From an uncultured Thermoleophilia bacterium (GTDB lineage: Bacteria; Actinomycetota; Thermoleophilia; UBA2241), in contig CAVQSP010000011.1 in assembly GCA_963715985.1 (NCBI GenBank), positions 448,001 through 512,000 on the forward strand: a DNA stretch of 64,000 nucleotides, written 5' to 3'. Positions 42,856 to 52,656 of this stretch are shown piece after piece. Numbering within the stretch: position 1 is the stretch's first letter; the number at the start of each line of letters is the position of its first letter. The notes beneath the pieces were generated by a model. That model was not told where the DNA came from, searched no databases, and saw only the letters and a list, made by a program, of their open reading frames with translations. The translations under genes and the position numbers were made by a program.

Positions 42856-43569
42856 TCACTCCGGTGCTGCGAGGCCCGCAGCAGCCGTGGCAGAGCGGCA
42901 AGGGTCCGCGGCGCGAGCAAGGAGACTACTCCTGAGACTCCAGGGACCCTTGGGCGGGCGCCCGACGACGGCTTCCTCGCCGAGGAGCTGGGTGGCGCGC
43001 AAGCCGAGGTAGAGCTCCATGATGTCGTCGGGGTCCTGGAGGTCGACGCCGAGGAGCGTCTCGATGCGCCTGAGGCGCTTCTGCAGCGTGTTGCGGTGGA
43101 TGAACAGGGCCTCGGCGGTCGGCTGGATGGCCCAGTGATGGTCCAGCCACGTGCGAAGGGTCTCGACCAGCCGCGCGTGCCGCCGCGCGTCGTATTCGAT
43201 GAGCGGCGCGATGGTGCGCTGCGCCATGTCGGCCAGTGCCTCCTCGCTCTGACCCTTCAGGAGCCGGAACCTCCCGCTCATCGACTCGAAGAGGACCAGC
43301 CCGCCGGCGTCGACGCCGCGCCTCGCGGCCGCGCTCGCGTCGAGCGCCTCCTGGAGCGCTCTGCGTCCCTCGTCCGGATGCGAGTGCGCGGCGGACGCGC
43401 CGATGGTCAGCGGCAGGCGGTAGGGTGCGTCGGCCGTGACCGCCTTGAACAGGAGCAGCAGGTCGCGCGCGCTGCCCGTGCCGACCGAGGTCGAGCCGCC
43501 CGGGAGGAGGATGGTGATGGACAGACGCCTCGGTCTGCTCAGGAACGGGATGAGGCGGTCCCCGCTCAC
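42856..43569 (-). CDS. PucR/CdaR-type C-terminal HTH regulator lacking an N-terminal sensor (possible truncated remnant)
   Basis: IAPLIEYD...LVETLRTWLDH...TAEALFIHRNTLQKRLRRIETLLGVDL; start unclear. Confidence 0.7.
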   Translation of the reverse strand: MSGDRLIPFLSRPRRLSITILLPGGSTSVGTGSARDLLLLFKAVTADAPYRLPLTIGASAAHSHPDEGRRALQEALDASAAARRGVDAGGLVLFESMSGRFRLLKGQSEEALADMAQRTIAPLIEYDARRHARLVETLRTWLDHHWAIQPTAEALFIHRNTLQKRLRRIETLLGVDLQDPDDIMELYLGLRATQLLGEEAVVGRPPKGPWSLRSSLLARAADPCRSATAAAGLAAPE

Positions 43570-43697
43570 TGACGCACACGAGGCGCGCAGCGTGCGATGC
43601 GATGCCCGCCGCGGCCGTGTGAGGTCACCCGACCCTGGGGTAGGCTGCAGCAAGGCATCCCGGCCACACGGGGAGCACCCCGCGAAGGAGCGGCAAC

Positions 43698-44876
43698 GTG
43701 CCCGACGGCATCAGCATCGAGCGCCTGCGGCGCGAGGACATCGAGGAGATCGCACCGCTGTGGAAGGCGCTGCTCGACCACGTCGCGGCGCTGCCCGACG
43801 CCATCGTGCCCGTGCGCCCGTCCGACGAGTCCTGGGAGCTCGAGCGCGCGCAGATGCTGGCGGCGCTGGCGGGCGACGCCTTCGTCCTGGTGGCGCGGCG
43901 GGACGGAGCAGCCGTGGGCTACGTCTTCGTCCTCATCGAGGGGCCGGATCCCGTGTGGTACACCGGCGATTCGCACGCCGAACTCGCTCACCTCAGCGTG
44001 GCTCCCGGAGAACGGGGAGCCGGCGTCGGCACCGCGCTCATGGACGCCATGGACGCCGAGCTCGAGCGCCTCGGCGTCGAGGACGTGGAGATCGGTGTGG
44101 ACACCGGCAACGACGTGGCCGCGCGCCTCTACGAGAGCCGCGGCTACAAGCCGGACTTCAGGATCTTCTACGGCTCGCCCGGCAAGAAGCCCTGGGCGTG
44201 CCTGCGGCGCGAGGCCGCGGACCAGAGGGCCGGGCGCGGGCGCTTCGCGCCGCCCGGCCCGGCAGCCACGGCCGCGCAGCCCGCGGCGGCCGGCGCTTCG
44301 ACACGCGACCTGCGTCGGGGCACCGGTGGCGCAGACGAGGCTCGCGCAGGCGCACCCGCGGCCGAGCCGCCGCTGATCGAGCTCCTCCCCGCCGCCGACC
44401 TCGACCTCCTCGGGCCGCTGTGGCGCGTCCTGCAGGACGACCAGGCGCGCCGGTGGGACGTGCTGCCGGCGCGCGATCCGGCGGACTCATGGGCGCTGCG
44501 CCGCCAGCGGTACGCGGACTGGCTGGCGACCACCGACTCGTTCGTCCTCGTCGCGCGTCGCGACGAGCGCCTCGTCGGCTACTTCATGGTCGCCGTGGCC
44601 GAGGGCGATGAGACCTTCGACACCGGCGAGCTGCTGGCGGAGCTGGAGTCGCTGGTCGTGCTCCCCGAGGAGCGCGGCGCCCACCTCGGTGAGCTGTTCT
44701 TCCAGGCCGGCATGCGGCGCCTGGAAGAGCTGGGCGTGGAGCACGTGGTCTGCGGTCTGCTGGTCACGAACCCCTTCATCCGGCGGTTCTGCGAGCGTCA
44801 CGGTTTCGTGCCGTTCGTGGACTTCATGTACGCCAGGCGCGCGGACATCCAGGCGGCCGAAAGGAAGGACGCATGA
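43698..44876 (+). CDS. Tandem two-domain GNAT acetyltransferase
   Basis: Two acetyl-CoA motifs (VAPGERGAGVGTAL...ARLYESRGY and VLPEERGAHLGEL...FCERHGF) joined by an Ala/Pro linker; RBS AAGGAG. Confidence 0.85.
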   Translation: MPDGISIERLRREDIEEIAPLWKALLDHVAALPDAIVPVRPSDESWELERAQMLAALAGDAFVLVARRDGAAVGYVFVLIEGPDPVWYTGDSHAELAHLSVAPGERGAGVGTALMDAMDAELERLGVEDVEIGVDTGNDVAARLYESRGYKPDFRIFYGSPGKKPWACLRREAADQRAGRGRFAPPGPAATAAQPAAAGASTRDLRRGTGGADEARAGAPAAEPPLIELLPAADLDLLGPLWRVLQDDQARRWDVLPARDPADSWALRRQRYADWLATTDSFVLVARRDERLVGYFMVAVAEGDETFDTGELLAELESLVVLPEERGAHLGELFFQAGMRRLEELGVEHVVCGLLVTNPFIRRFCERHGFVPFVDFMYARRADIQAAERKDA

Positions 44877-45343
44877 GCGACGTCAGGTACGTGAGCGTGA
44901 TCGGCGCGAGCCGGGCCACGCCGGAGCTGGCCGCCAAGGCCGAGGAGCTCGGCGAGCTGCTCGCGGAGCGCGGCGCCGTGGTGGTGTGCGGGGGCCGCAG
45001 CGGCGTGATGGAGGCGGTGGCCAGAGGCGTCAAGAAGAAGGGCGGCGTCTCGATCGGCATCCTGCCGGAGGCCGATCGCCACCGCGCCGCCCCCGACCTC
45101 ACCTACACGATCTGCAGCGCCATCGGCCTGGCCCGCAACCTCACGGTGGTGGCCAGCGGCGACGTGGTGATCGCCGTCGGCGGCGCCTGGGGCACGCTCA
45201 GCGAGATCGCCCTCGCGCGCAACGTGGACCGCGAGGTGATCCTGCTCGACACCTGGTCGATGGAGCCGCCGGAGGGCGGCGAGCTCGACGGGGTGCGGCG
45301 GGCGTCCACGCCCGCCGAGGCCGTCGAGCTCGCGCTCGCCTGA
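44873..45343 (+). CDS. TIGR00725 family (LOG/SLOG superfamily) protein
   Basis: VVCGGRSGVMEAVARG; IGILP; GLARN; GGAWGTLSEIA. Confidence 0.9.
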   Translation: MSDVRYVSVIGASRATPELAAKAEELGELLAERGAVVVCGGRSGVMEAVARGVKKKGGVSIGILPEADRHRAAPDLTYTICSAIGLARNLTVVASGDVVIAVGGAWGTLSEIALARNVDREVILLDTWSMEPPEGGELDGVRRASTPAEAVELALA

Positions 45344-45374
45344 CGCCGCTGGTGTCGCCGCGCGCCCGACGCCG

Positions 45375-47350
45375 CTAGCGCTTCACCTTGAAGCGCACGG
45401 CGTTGCTCCTGCCGGCCGGGGTCGTCACCGTGATCTTGACCGTGCCGTACTTGGCCTGCCGAGGCACCTTGCAGGTGATCTGCCCATCGCTCCAGGAGAG
45501 ATAGGCGGTGCAGGTCTTGAGGCCGAACTTCACGACGCTCACGCCCCTCGCCGCGCCGAAGTTGACGCCCGCGATACTGACGAGCGCACCACGCTTCGCG
45601 GAGGCGGGCTCGCGCTTGGTGATCCTGGGGGGCGTGGTCGGCGCCGGAGGGAAGCCGCCGCTCCTCGTGACGAGGATGGTGCCGAGGGAACCCACCGCCC
45701 AGCCGTGGATCCCATCGGGGAAGGTGACGCCGAGGAGCGTCTTGCCGCCCCCGGAGGGCTGCAAAGCCCAGGTCGCGCCGCCGTTGGTGGTGACGAGGAT
45801 GCCGAGGGAGCCCACCGCCCAGCCGTGGAGCGCGTCGGTGAAGGTGACGGCGTTGAGTGACGCGACGCTCCCGGCGCTCTGCTTCGTCCACGTGACTCCA
45901 CCGTTGCCGGTGGCGAGGATGGTGCCGAGGGAGCCCACCGCCCAGCCGTGAAGCGCGTCGGTGAAGGTGACGGCGTTGAGTGACGCGACGCTCCCGGCGC
46001 TCTGCTTCGTCCACGTGACCCCGCCGTTGCCGGTGGCGAGGATGGTGCCGCCGGAGCCCACCGCCCAGCCGTGTGAGGCGTCGGTGAAGTCGACGGCGTT
46101 GAGGGTCGCACTGACCCCCGTGGTCTGCGTGGTCCAGGCGGCTCCGCCGTTCGTGGTGGCGAGGACGGTGCCGCCCTCGCCCACCGCCCAGCCGCGGGTG
46201 GCGTCGGTGAAGGCGACGGCGCCGAGGGACGCGCTGACCCCCGTGGTCTGCTTGGTCCAGGCGGCTCCGCCGTTCGTGGTGGCGAGGACGGTGCCGCCCT
46301 CGCCCACCGCCCAGCCGCGGGTGGCGTCGGTGGAGGCGACGCCGAAGAGCCCTGCGCTGTTCCCCGTACTCTGCTGGCTCCAGGTGGCGCCGCCGTTGGA
46401 GGTGGCGACGATGGTGCCGATGTTCGTCGAGGCGCGGGCGGCGCCGCTGGTGCCCACGGCCCAGCCGTGGCTGGTGTCGCTGAAGGCGACGGCGCGCAGA
46501 TCGGCGGTGGTCCCCGAGGCCTGTTGGACCCAGCCGACGGACGTGGGAGTCGGGGTGGGAGTCGGGGTGGGGGTGGGGTCGGGGTCGGGGTGGGAGTCGG
46601 GGTGGGGGTGGGCGTCGGGGTCGGCGTGGGCGTCGGGGTCGGCGTGGGCGTGGGCGTCGGGGTGGGCGTGGGAGTCGGGGTGGGCGTCGGCGTGTAGATC
46701 GTTGGGATCCCGTACGCAGAGCACATGCCATGGCCCATGGTGCCCGAATTCTGGGACCACGTCTCCGGGTCTGAATCGATCACCGTGTACGTGCCGGCCG
46801 GGATGTTCTCCCGCGGCTCGGCCACCCAGTAGGCGTTGGGCACTCCACCCTGCCCCGCCTGGCCCACCGCCTGCCACGGACCGTACAGCGCACCGTTCGA
46901 CGCCCTCAGCGAGATCTGCCCGGGCCTTGCGCCTTTGCCGTAGTTCCAGTGGTACGTGCGGACCGACGTGACGAAGTAGTCGGCGTCCTGCGTCACGGTG
47001 GGCGACGTGGCCCCGTTGTACACAGCCGCAGTGTTTCCGACCTCCCAGATGAGGACGGGTTCACCGGGCATGGTACGCGCGGGAGAAAGGTCATCGGCGG
47101 CGGCGGCGAGGACGAGACCCGGCCTACCCGCCACCCAGCCGAGAGTGACATGGCCGGCAGCCATGCCGCCGAGTCGCACGCTGGTCCCCGAGCTCCGCTC
47201 GCCGCGGCCGTCGCCGCCTCTAGAGACGTAGGCCGAAGCCGACGCGGACAGCGCCAGGGCGACGGCGAGCAGGATCGATGCCAAGCTGAGAAGCCTGCGG
47301 ACGCGCCGCCGAGCCGCCGGCTTGTCTGAGTGTGTCGCGGACTGCAGCAT
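45375..47350 (-). CDS. Secreted modular protein: signal peptide, unknown N-terminal domain, Pro-Thr linker, YCF48/BNR-like propeller repeats, IPT/TIG domain; frameshift in the PT linker near 46576
   Basis: N-terminal half in ORF 45539..47350 and C-terminal half in ORF 45375..46877. Repeats read GWAVG..GTILATxNGGxTW; C-terminus has GVNFG...WSDGQITCKVP. Confidence 0.8.
45790..46340 (-). repeat. 123-nt coding repeats (41-aa propeller blades), two pairs nearly identical at DNA level
   Basis: Near-identical blocks begin at ~45812/45935 and ~46138/46261. Confidence 0.85.
46543..46695 (-). repeat. Hexanucleotide repeat tract encoding a (PT)n linker
   Basis: About 25 units of GTCGGG/GTGGGN on the + strand. 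Confidence 0.9.
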
Positions 47351-47689
47351 GTGCCACCCCCTGCGAAGGCGGGACGTCGGGCGTCACGCCGTTGACCAAG
47401 CCGTGCAAGGCACGGGTGCAGCGCCGCGCGCGGCGTCACCGCACACGGAAGACATGTGCCGCGCCTGCTCAGGGCCATTCCCGCGCAGGCACGAGCCCGT
47501 CAACCTCACCTTACCCCGGTCCACGAGGCGACACCATGGGACCGGACGTTGGGCGCCTGTCGCGGTCCAGATGAGCGCCGCCTCCGCGAGCGATCGTCGA
47601 GGCGCAGGCGCCCGCCGCGGGGCGCGGTGGCAGAGCTCCCGCCGGACGTGCCACGACGCTCCTCGACGAGGGGCCGAGGCGCCCTGGGC

Positions 47690-47898
47690 GTCGCGCGAGG
47701 GGCGAAGGAGAAGGGCGGCGACATCGTCATCGCCGTCGGCGGCGCCTGGGGCACGCTCAGCGAGATCGCCCTGGCGCGCAACGTGGACCGCGAGGTGATC
47801 CTGCTGGACACCTGGTCGATGGAGCCGCCGGAGGGCGGCGAGCTCGACGGGGTGCGGCGGGCGTCCACGCCCGCCGAGGCCGTCGAGCTCGCGCTGGC
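47690..47898 (+). pseudogene. Decayed partial second copy of the TIGR00725 gene
   Basis: 47729-47898 matches 45170-45339 with only three synonymous CTC>CTG changes. Upstream VARGAKEKGG is joined to it through a 114-nt deletion. No intact 5' end. Confidence 0.85.
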
Positions 47899-48029
47899 GA
47901 CTGCTCGCCAGCGGCCGGAGTCGGCGCCGAAACGTCAACCAGGATGGCCGCCGTCCGGGCTATGCGGTAATGGCGCCCCTGCTATAGTTCACGCCGCCTT
48001 GTTGACCCAAGGGTCCTGAGAGCCGCACA

Positions 48030-50851
48030 TTGGCAGCTGAACCACTCAGCCTCGGCCCGGTGACGGCCAAGCTCGCGCGTCCACCTGCCGCGGACGCCGT
48101 GCTCCGTGCCGAGACCCTCGACGCCTACCGGGAGGCTCTGCGCCGCCGGCTGACCGTCGTGTGCGCACCCGCCGGCTACGGCAAGTCCACCGCCACGGCC
48201 GCGGCGACGGACCGTCTCGGAGTCGACTGCGTCTGGTACAAGCTCGACCTCCTCGACCGGGACCCAGTGCTGTTCCTGGCCTCTCTGACCGAGGCCTTCC
48301 GGCGACGCGTACCGGCGTTCGGAGAGGCCATCCGCGAGCGCCTCAAGTCGTCGGCCGCGGATCCGTTCCCCGTCGCACATCTGCAGGCGATGTTCGCGCG
48401 CGAATGCGAGGACCACCTCCGGGGCGACATCCACATCGTGCTCGACGACTACCACGAGGCGGCCGAGTCCGCAGCCACGAGCCGCGCCCTCGACTACCTG
48501 CTCTCGAACCTGCCCCCCTCGATCCGCTTCGTCGTGATCAGTCGGTACGACCCGGCCATCCAGGTCTCCAGATTGCGTCTGGACGACGAAGTAGCCATCC
48601 TCGATGCTGAAGTGCTTCGGTTCGACGCGGCACAGGCGGTGGAGGTCCTCACTGCACGCACCGGTGTGGAACCCGCGGCCGCTCTCGTGGCGAGGCTCCT
48701 CGAGACTGCGGAGGGCTGGCCGACCAGCATCGTCCTCGCGGGCCTCGCTCTGGACTGGATCTCGCCCGCCTCAGTCGAGGCCGCCCTCTGCGACCCGCGC
48801 CTCAAGCAGGACATCTACTCCTACCTCGCCGAGCAGGTCTACGTGCGGGAGAACCGTTCGGTCCGCCGCTTCCTCAAGCGCACCTGCTGTCTCGAGCACA
48901 TCACCGTGGATCTCGCGGCGCGCGTCGCGAGGACCGACGCGGCTCACAGGCACCTTCGCCATCTCGCCACGAACCGCGTCTTCACGTTCGCAGCCGGTCA
49001 GGATGGCGTCTACCGCTACCACAACCTCTTCCGTGACTTCCTGCGTCAGAAGTACCTGCAGGACGAAGGCGAGGCGGCATTTCGGGAGATCCAGAGAGAA
49101 ACGGCTGCGGCCCTCGAGGACGCCGGCGAGATCGAGATGGCAGTGGAACTCTTCCTCGGCGCCAACGAGCCTGCCGAAGCGCTCCGCGTGGTGGCGCGCG
49201 CCGGCGAGGCGCTGCTCGACGATGTGCCCTCCGACCGTCTCGCTTCCTGGGTGGACCGGCTGCCGCCTGCGCTGCGGATCGACGAGCCGTGGCCACGGCT
49301 CATGGAGGCGCAACTGGATTCCCGTGCGGGCGACTATGGGAGAGCCCTGCACAGTATCGAGGACGCGACGAGGCTGTTCGGCGAGGCGGGCGACAGGCGC
49401 GGCCTCTACGAGGCCTACTCGATTCGTGAGTGTGTGCTGTTCTGGCACGGCGACATGGCCGCGGCCATCCTGGCGTGTCAGCAAGCCCTCGCCTATGCGC
49501 ATACCGACCAGCAGCGCTTCCACACGCTCCTCAGTCTCGGCTCAGCCGCGGTGGAGTCGCGCGACTGGTCACTCGCCGAGCGAACCTTCGACGAGGCGGA
49601 CCGGCTTGCTGTGGAGACGGCGCCCCGGGAGCGACCACGGGCGCAGGCGCTGAGGGCGCATGCCCTCTTCTTCCAGGGCGCGGTGAAGAAGGGCAAAGAA
49701 CTCCATGCCGAGGCTTGAGGGTCCGCTGATCTCGCCTTCGCTCAAGGTCAACGCCGCCAACACCGTCGGCATGATTGAGACTGCGCTGGCCTCATACCAT
49801 TCGGCCCTGACAACGCTTCAGAACGCGAATGATTCAGGCTCGCCACTATGGCTTTGTCGGCTCTCGCGACATGATTCTCGACAACATCGGCCTCGCACAA
49901 GGTTCGCTCGGACGCTTCGACAATGGACTGGAGTGCGTGCGCACGGCCGTCCAGGAGCACCCCGTCGAGCAGCAACCCGGTCGGCATGCGTGGGCTCACT
50001 GCCACGAGGCGACGCTGTTGCGGCGAGCCGGACGTATCGAAAGCGCCCTGCCGGCGGCGGAGAACGCCCTCTCACAGGCCGCAGCCTTGGATGACGCCTA
50101 CGCACGCCTCAACTTCGAGGCCAATCTGCTGTTCACCCGAGGCCTTCTCGGAGAGGAGTCGGTCGCCGCTCTTGACGGCGTGGCGAAGAGGGCGGCCGAT
50201 GCGCGCGTCGCCTTCGTCGCCCTCAAAGCCCAGCTCTATGCGGCCGTCCTCTCCGGAATGGGCGAACGCACGAGTGAACGTGAGACCAGACTGCGCGCCT
50301 GCGTACCCCAGCAGCTCAGTCTGGGCCACCTGCACGTGCTGGCTCAGGAACTCTGCCCCAGGCCAGCCGGCGCCATCGCGGCGCTGTACGTCGCCGCCGA
50401 GCAGGGTCTGGAGCAGCAGCTCATGGACGCATTCGCTGCCCATTGGGCGTTCGCCGATCTCGCCGGAGTGGTCATCGCCGAGCATCCACGGTTCGCGCAC
50501 GTGGCGATCCACGCGGCACGCGCGAAGGCGGCCGACGAGGTACTGGCAAGGATCGTGGCGGCCGCGGAGGGTTCGGCGTTGCCCGCCGTCGACGCCGCAG
50601 TGGAGGCCGCACTGGCGTCAAGACCGGGCGTGTCAGAAGGGCAGGCGACGCCTCTCGACGGCTTGAGCCCGCGCGAATTGGAGGTCCTCGCACTGATGGC
50701 CGACGGGCTCCGGAACGCGGAGATAGCCTCGAGGCTCTTCATCGTCGAGGGGACGGTGAAGACTCACATCAACCACATCCTCACCAAGCTGGAAGTGACG
50801 ACCCGAGTCCAGGCGATCCTTCGCTTCCGCGACGCCCAGGCGCGACCCTGA
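48030..50851 (+). CDS. MalT-like STAND/LAL regulator (NTPase, TPR-like region, C-terminal LuxR HTH); two apparent frameshifts (~49700 and ~49835)
   Basis: KLARP; APAGYGKST; LDDYH; EGWP; YRYHNLFRDFL; C-terminal LSPRELEVLALMADGLRNAEIASRLFIVEGTVKTHINHILTKL. Spread over ORFs 48030..49718, 49705.. and 49829..50851. Confidence 0.88.
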
Positions 50852-50968
50852 GACCAGCCCGGATCTCTAACCACCGGCGGCGTCAGAATACAACCCAGGT
50901 ATGATTCGCCTGAGCGCCCCTCGGGCTACGCTGCGGACCCGCAGTAAGCGACCGATCGAGGAGCGACG

Positions 50969-51988
50969 ATGGAAGGCGCAACGTCTGTCATCTACATCGA
51001 GTCCAACCGTATGAGCCAGCGAAAGCAGACGGTCATCGACCTGTTGAGAGGCAGCCAGGACTTCGTCTCCGGCGAGGCCATGAGCGCCCAGCTCGGCATC
51101 TCGCGCAACGCGATCCACAAGCACGTCAAGTCACTGCGCCGGCGCGGCTACCGCATCCTCGGCGTCTCGCGCCGCGGCTACCGCCTGGATGAGGAGCCGA
51201 GCCGCCTCTCCATGGGCCACGTCACCGACCGCACCGCCGGAAGCGCGTTCGGCCGCTCCTACCGGTACTACGACGAGATCGAGTCGACCAACGCGGAGGC
51301 CAAAGCGCTGGCGAACAGCGGCGCCCCCGAAGGCACCGTGGTGATCGCCGAGGCGCAGACCGCAGGGCGTGGGCGCCTCGGGCGTCGCTGGACCTCGCCG
51401 GCCGGCAAAGGGCTGCTCTTCTCCGCCCTTCTGCGCCCCGCGCTGCCCATGGGCGATGCACACATGTTGACGTTGGTGGCGGCCTGCGCCGCCGCCGAGG
51501 CGATAGAGTCGCTGGCCGAGGTGCCGGTGCGCATCAAGTGGCCGAACGACCTCTTCATCGGCGACCGCAAGGTCGGCGGCATCCTGCTCGAGGTCGCCGG
51601 CGAACAAGACGAAGTCGACTGGATCGTGGTCGGCATCGGCGTGAACGTGAACACCGAGTACTCGGAGCTCCCGGTCGCGCTGCGGCGCACGGCGACGTCG
51701 CTCAAGATGGCCACGGGCGAACCCGTTGACCGCAGCGAGCTGCTCGCCAAGCTGCTGCTGACACTCGATGCCCACTACGCGCGTGCGCTCGCCGACGGTT
51801 TTGAGAGCGCAGTCAGCGTCTTCCGCAGCCGAGACTACCTGCTCGAGAGGACGGTCAGTGTGCAGACCCGCGATGGTGCGGTGGTCGGCCAGGCGAGCGG
51901 CATCGACGAACGAGGGGCGCTGCTGGTCGAGCTGCCCCAGAGGAGGATGCGGACCTTCCACTCCGGCGACGTCACGCTGGCCCCGTGA
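50969..51988 (+). CDS. birA: Bifunctional biotin ligase/repressor with N-terminal winged HTH
   Basis: FVSGEAMSAQLGISRNAIHKHVKSLR HTH; STN; QTAGRGRLGRRW; KWPND; KVGGIL; GIGVN. Confidence 0.95.
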   Translation: MEGATSVIYIESNRMSQRKQTVIDLLRGSQDFVSGEAMSAQLGISRNAIHKHVKSLRRRGYRILGVSRRGYRLDEEPSRLSMGHVTDRTAGSAFGRSYRYYDEIESTNAEAKALANSGAPEGTVVIAEAQTAGRGRLGRRWTSPAGKGLLFSALLRPALPMGDAHMLTLVAACAAAEAIESLAEVPVRIKWPNDLFIGDRKVGGILLEVAGEQDEVDWIVVGIGVNVNTEYSELPVALRRTATSLKMATGEPVDRSELLAKLLLTLDAHYARALADGFESAVSVFRSRDYLLERTVSVQTRDGAVVGQASGIDERGALLVELPQRRMRTFHSGDVTLAP

Positions 51989-52042
51989 GGGAGCGCCGGA
52001 CACACCGGTGAGGACGCGCCTCCGGGCGGCTGCCGATCCCAC

Positions 52043-52071
52043 TTGACAGCCGCCCAGGGGGCCCCTACATT
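52043..52071 (+). promoter_or_regulatory. sigma70 promoter of bioY
   Basis: TTGACA-N17-TACATT. Confidence 0.8.
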
Positions 52072-52103
52072 GTCACCTCTGTTCCGGAAGACGAGGTTGA
52101 CGA
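52070..52103. promoter_or_regulatory. BirA operator
   Basis: TTGTCACCT-N15-AGGTTGACGA approximates the BirA palindrome TGTcAACC-N14/16-GGTTgACA and overlaps the -10 box and RBS of bioY. Confidence 0.7.
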
Positions 52104-52104
52104 A

Positions 52105-52656
52105 CTGTCCTCGCTCACCGCTCGCGAGATCGCCTACTCAGCCCTGTTCACGGCGCTCATCGCCGGCGGCTCCTTTGTGGCGATCCCTTTGGGCCCAGTG
52201 CCCTTCACGCTGCAGGTCATGTTCGTGCTCCTGGCCGGACTTGTCCTGGGGTCTCGGCTTGGGGCCCTGAGCGTGATCGCCTACCTTGCGCTGGGCCTCG
52301 TCGCGCCCGTCTACGCAGGTGGCACGTCCGGGGCAGGCGTACTCTTCGGCCCCACGGGCGGCTACCTGTGGGGGTTCGTCGCTGCAGCGGCGCTCGCGGG
52401 TCTCGCGGCCCGTGGGAGCGATGATCCTGATCTGGGGCGCTTCGTGCTCGCCGGGCTGGCGGGTCTGGTGCCCATCTACGTGCTGGGAGCGGCGTGGCTC
52501 GCGCTCCAGCTCCACCTGGACCCGGCCGCGGCCATAGCTGCCGGCGTGGCGCCGTTCGTGTGGGGGGACGTGTTCAAGGCGCTCGCAGCCGCGCTGGCGG
52601 CGCGGAGCATGGTCAACCTGCCGCTGGGTCTTCCTTCGCCTCAGAGAGACCGCTGA
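52105..52656 (+). CDS. bioY: Biotin ECF S-component BioY (likely CTG start at 52105)
   Basis: PLGPVPFTLQ; YLALGLVAPVYAGG; GPTGGYLWGF; PFVWGDVFK. The frame extends upstream of the ORF call (LTAREIAYSALFTALIA) to a CTG preceded by GAGG. Confidence 0.92.
   Translation: MSSLTAREIAYSALFTALIAGGSFVAIPLGPVPFTLQVMFVLLAGLVLGSRLGALSVIAYLALGLVAPVYAGGTSGAGVLFGPTGGYLWGFVAAAALAGLAARGSDDPDLGRFVLAGLAGLVPIYVLGAAWLALQLHLDPAAAIAAGVAPFVWGDVFKALAAALAARSMVNLPLGLPSPQRDR

Noticed and set aside
42630-43572. Apparent 1062-aa helicase with a long novel C-terminal domain
   Set aside because: Artefact of a +1 frameshift. The true DUF1998 end is in another frame and stops at 42757, and the extension is antisense to the PucR-type gene.
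45790-46695. Repeats as a CRISPR array
   Set aside because: They are in-frame coding repeats (123-nt blades and a 6-nt PT linker) without unique spacers, and no cas genes are present.
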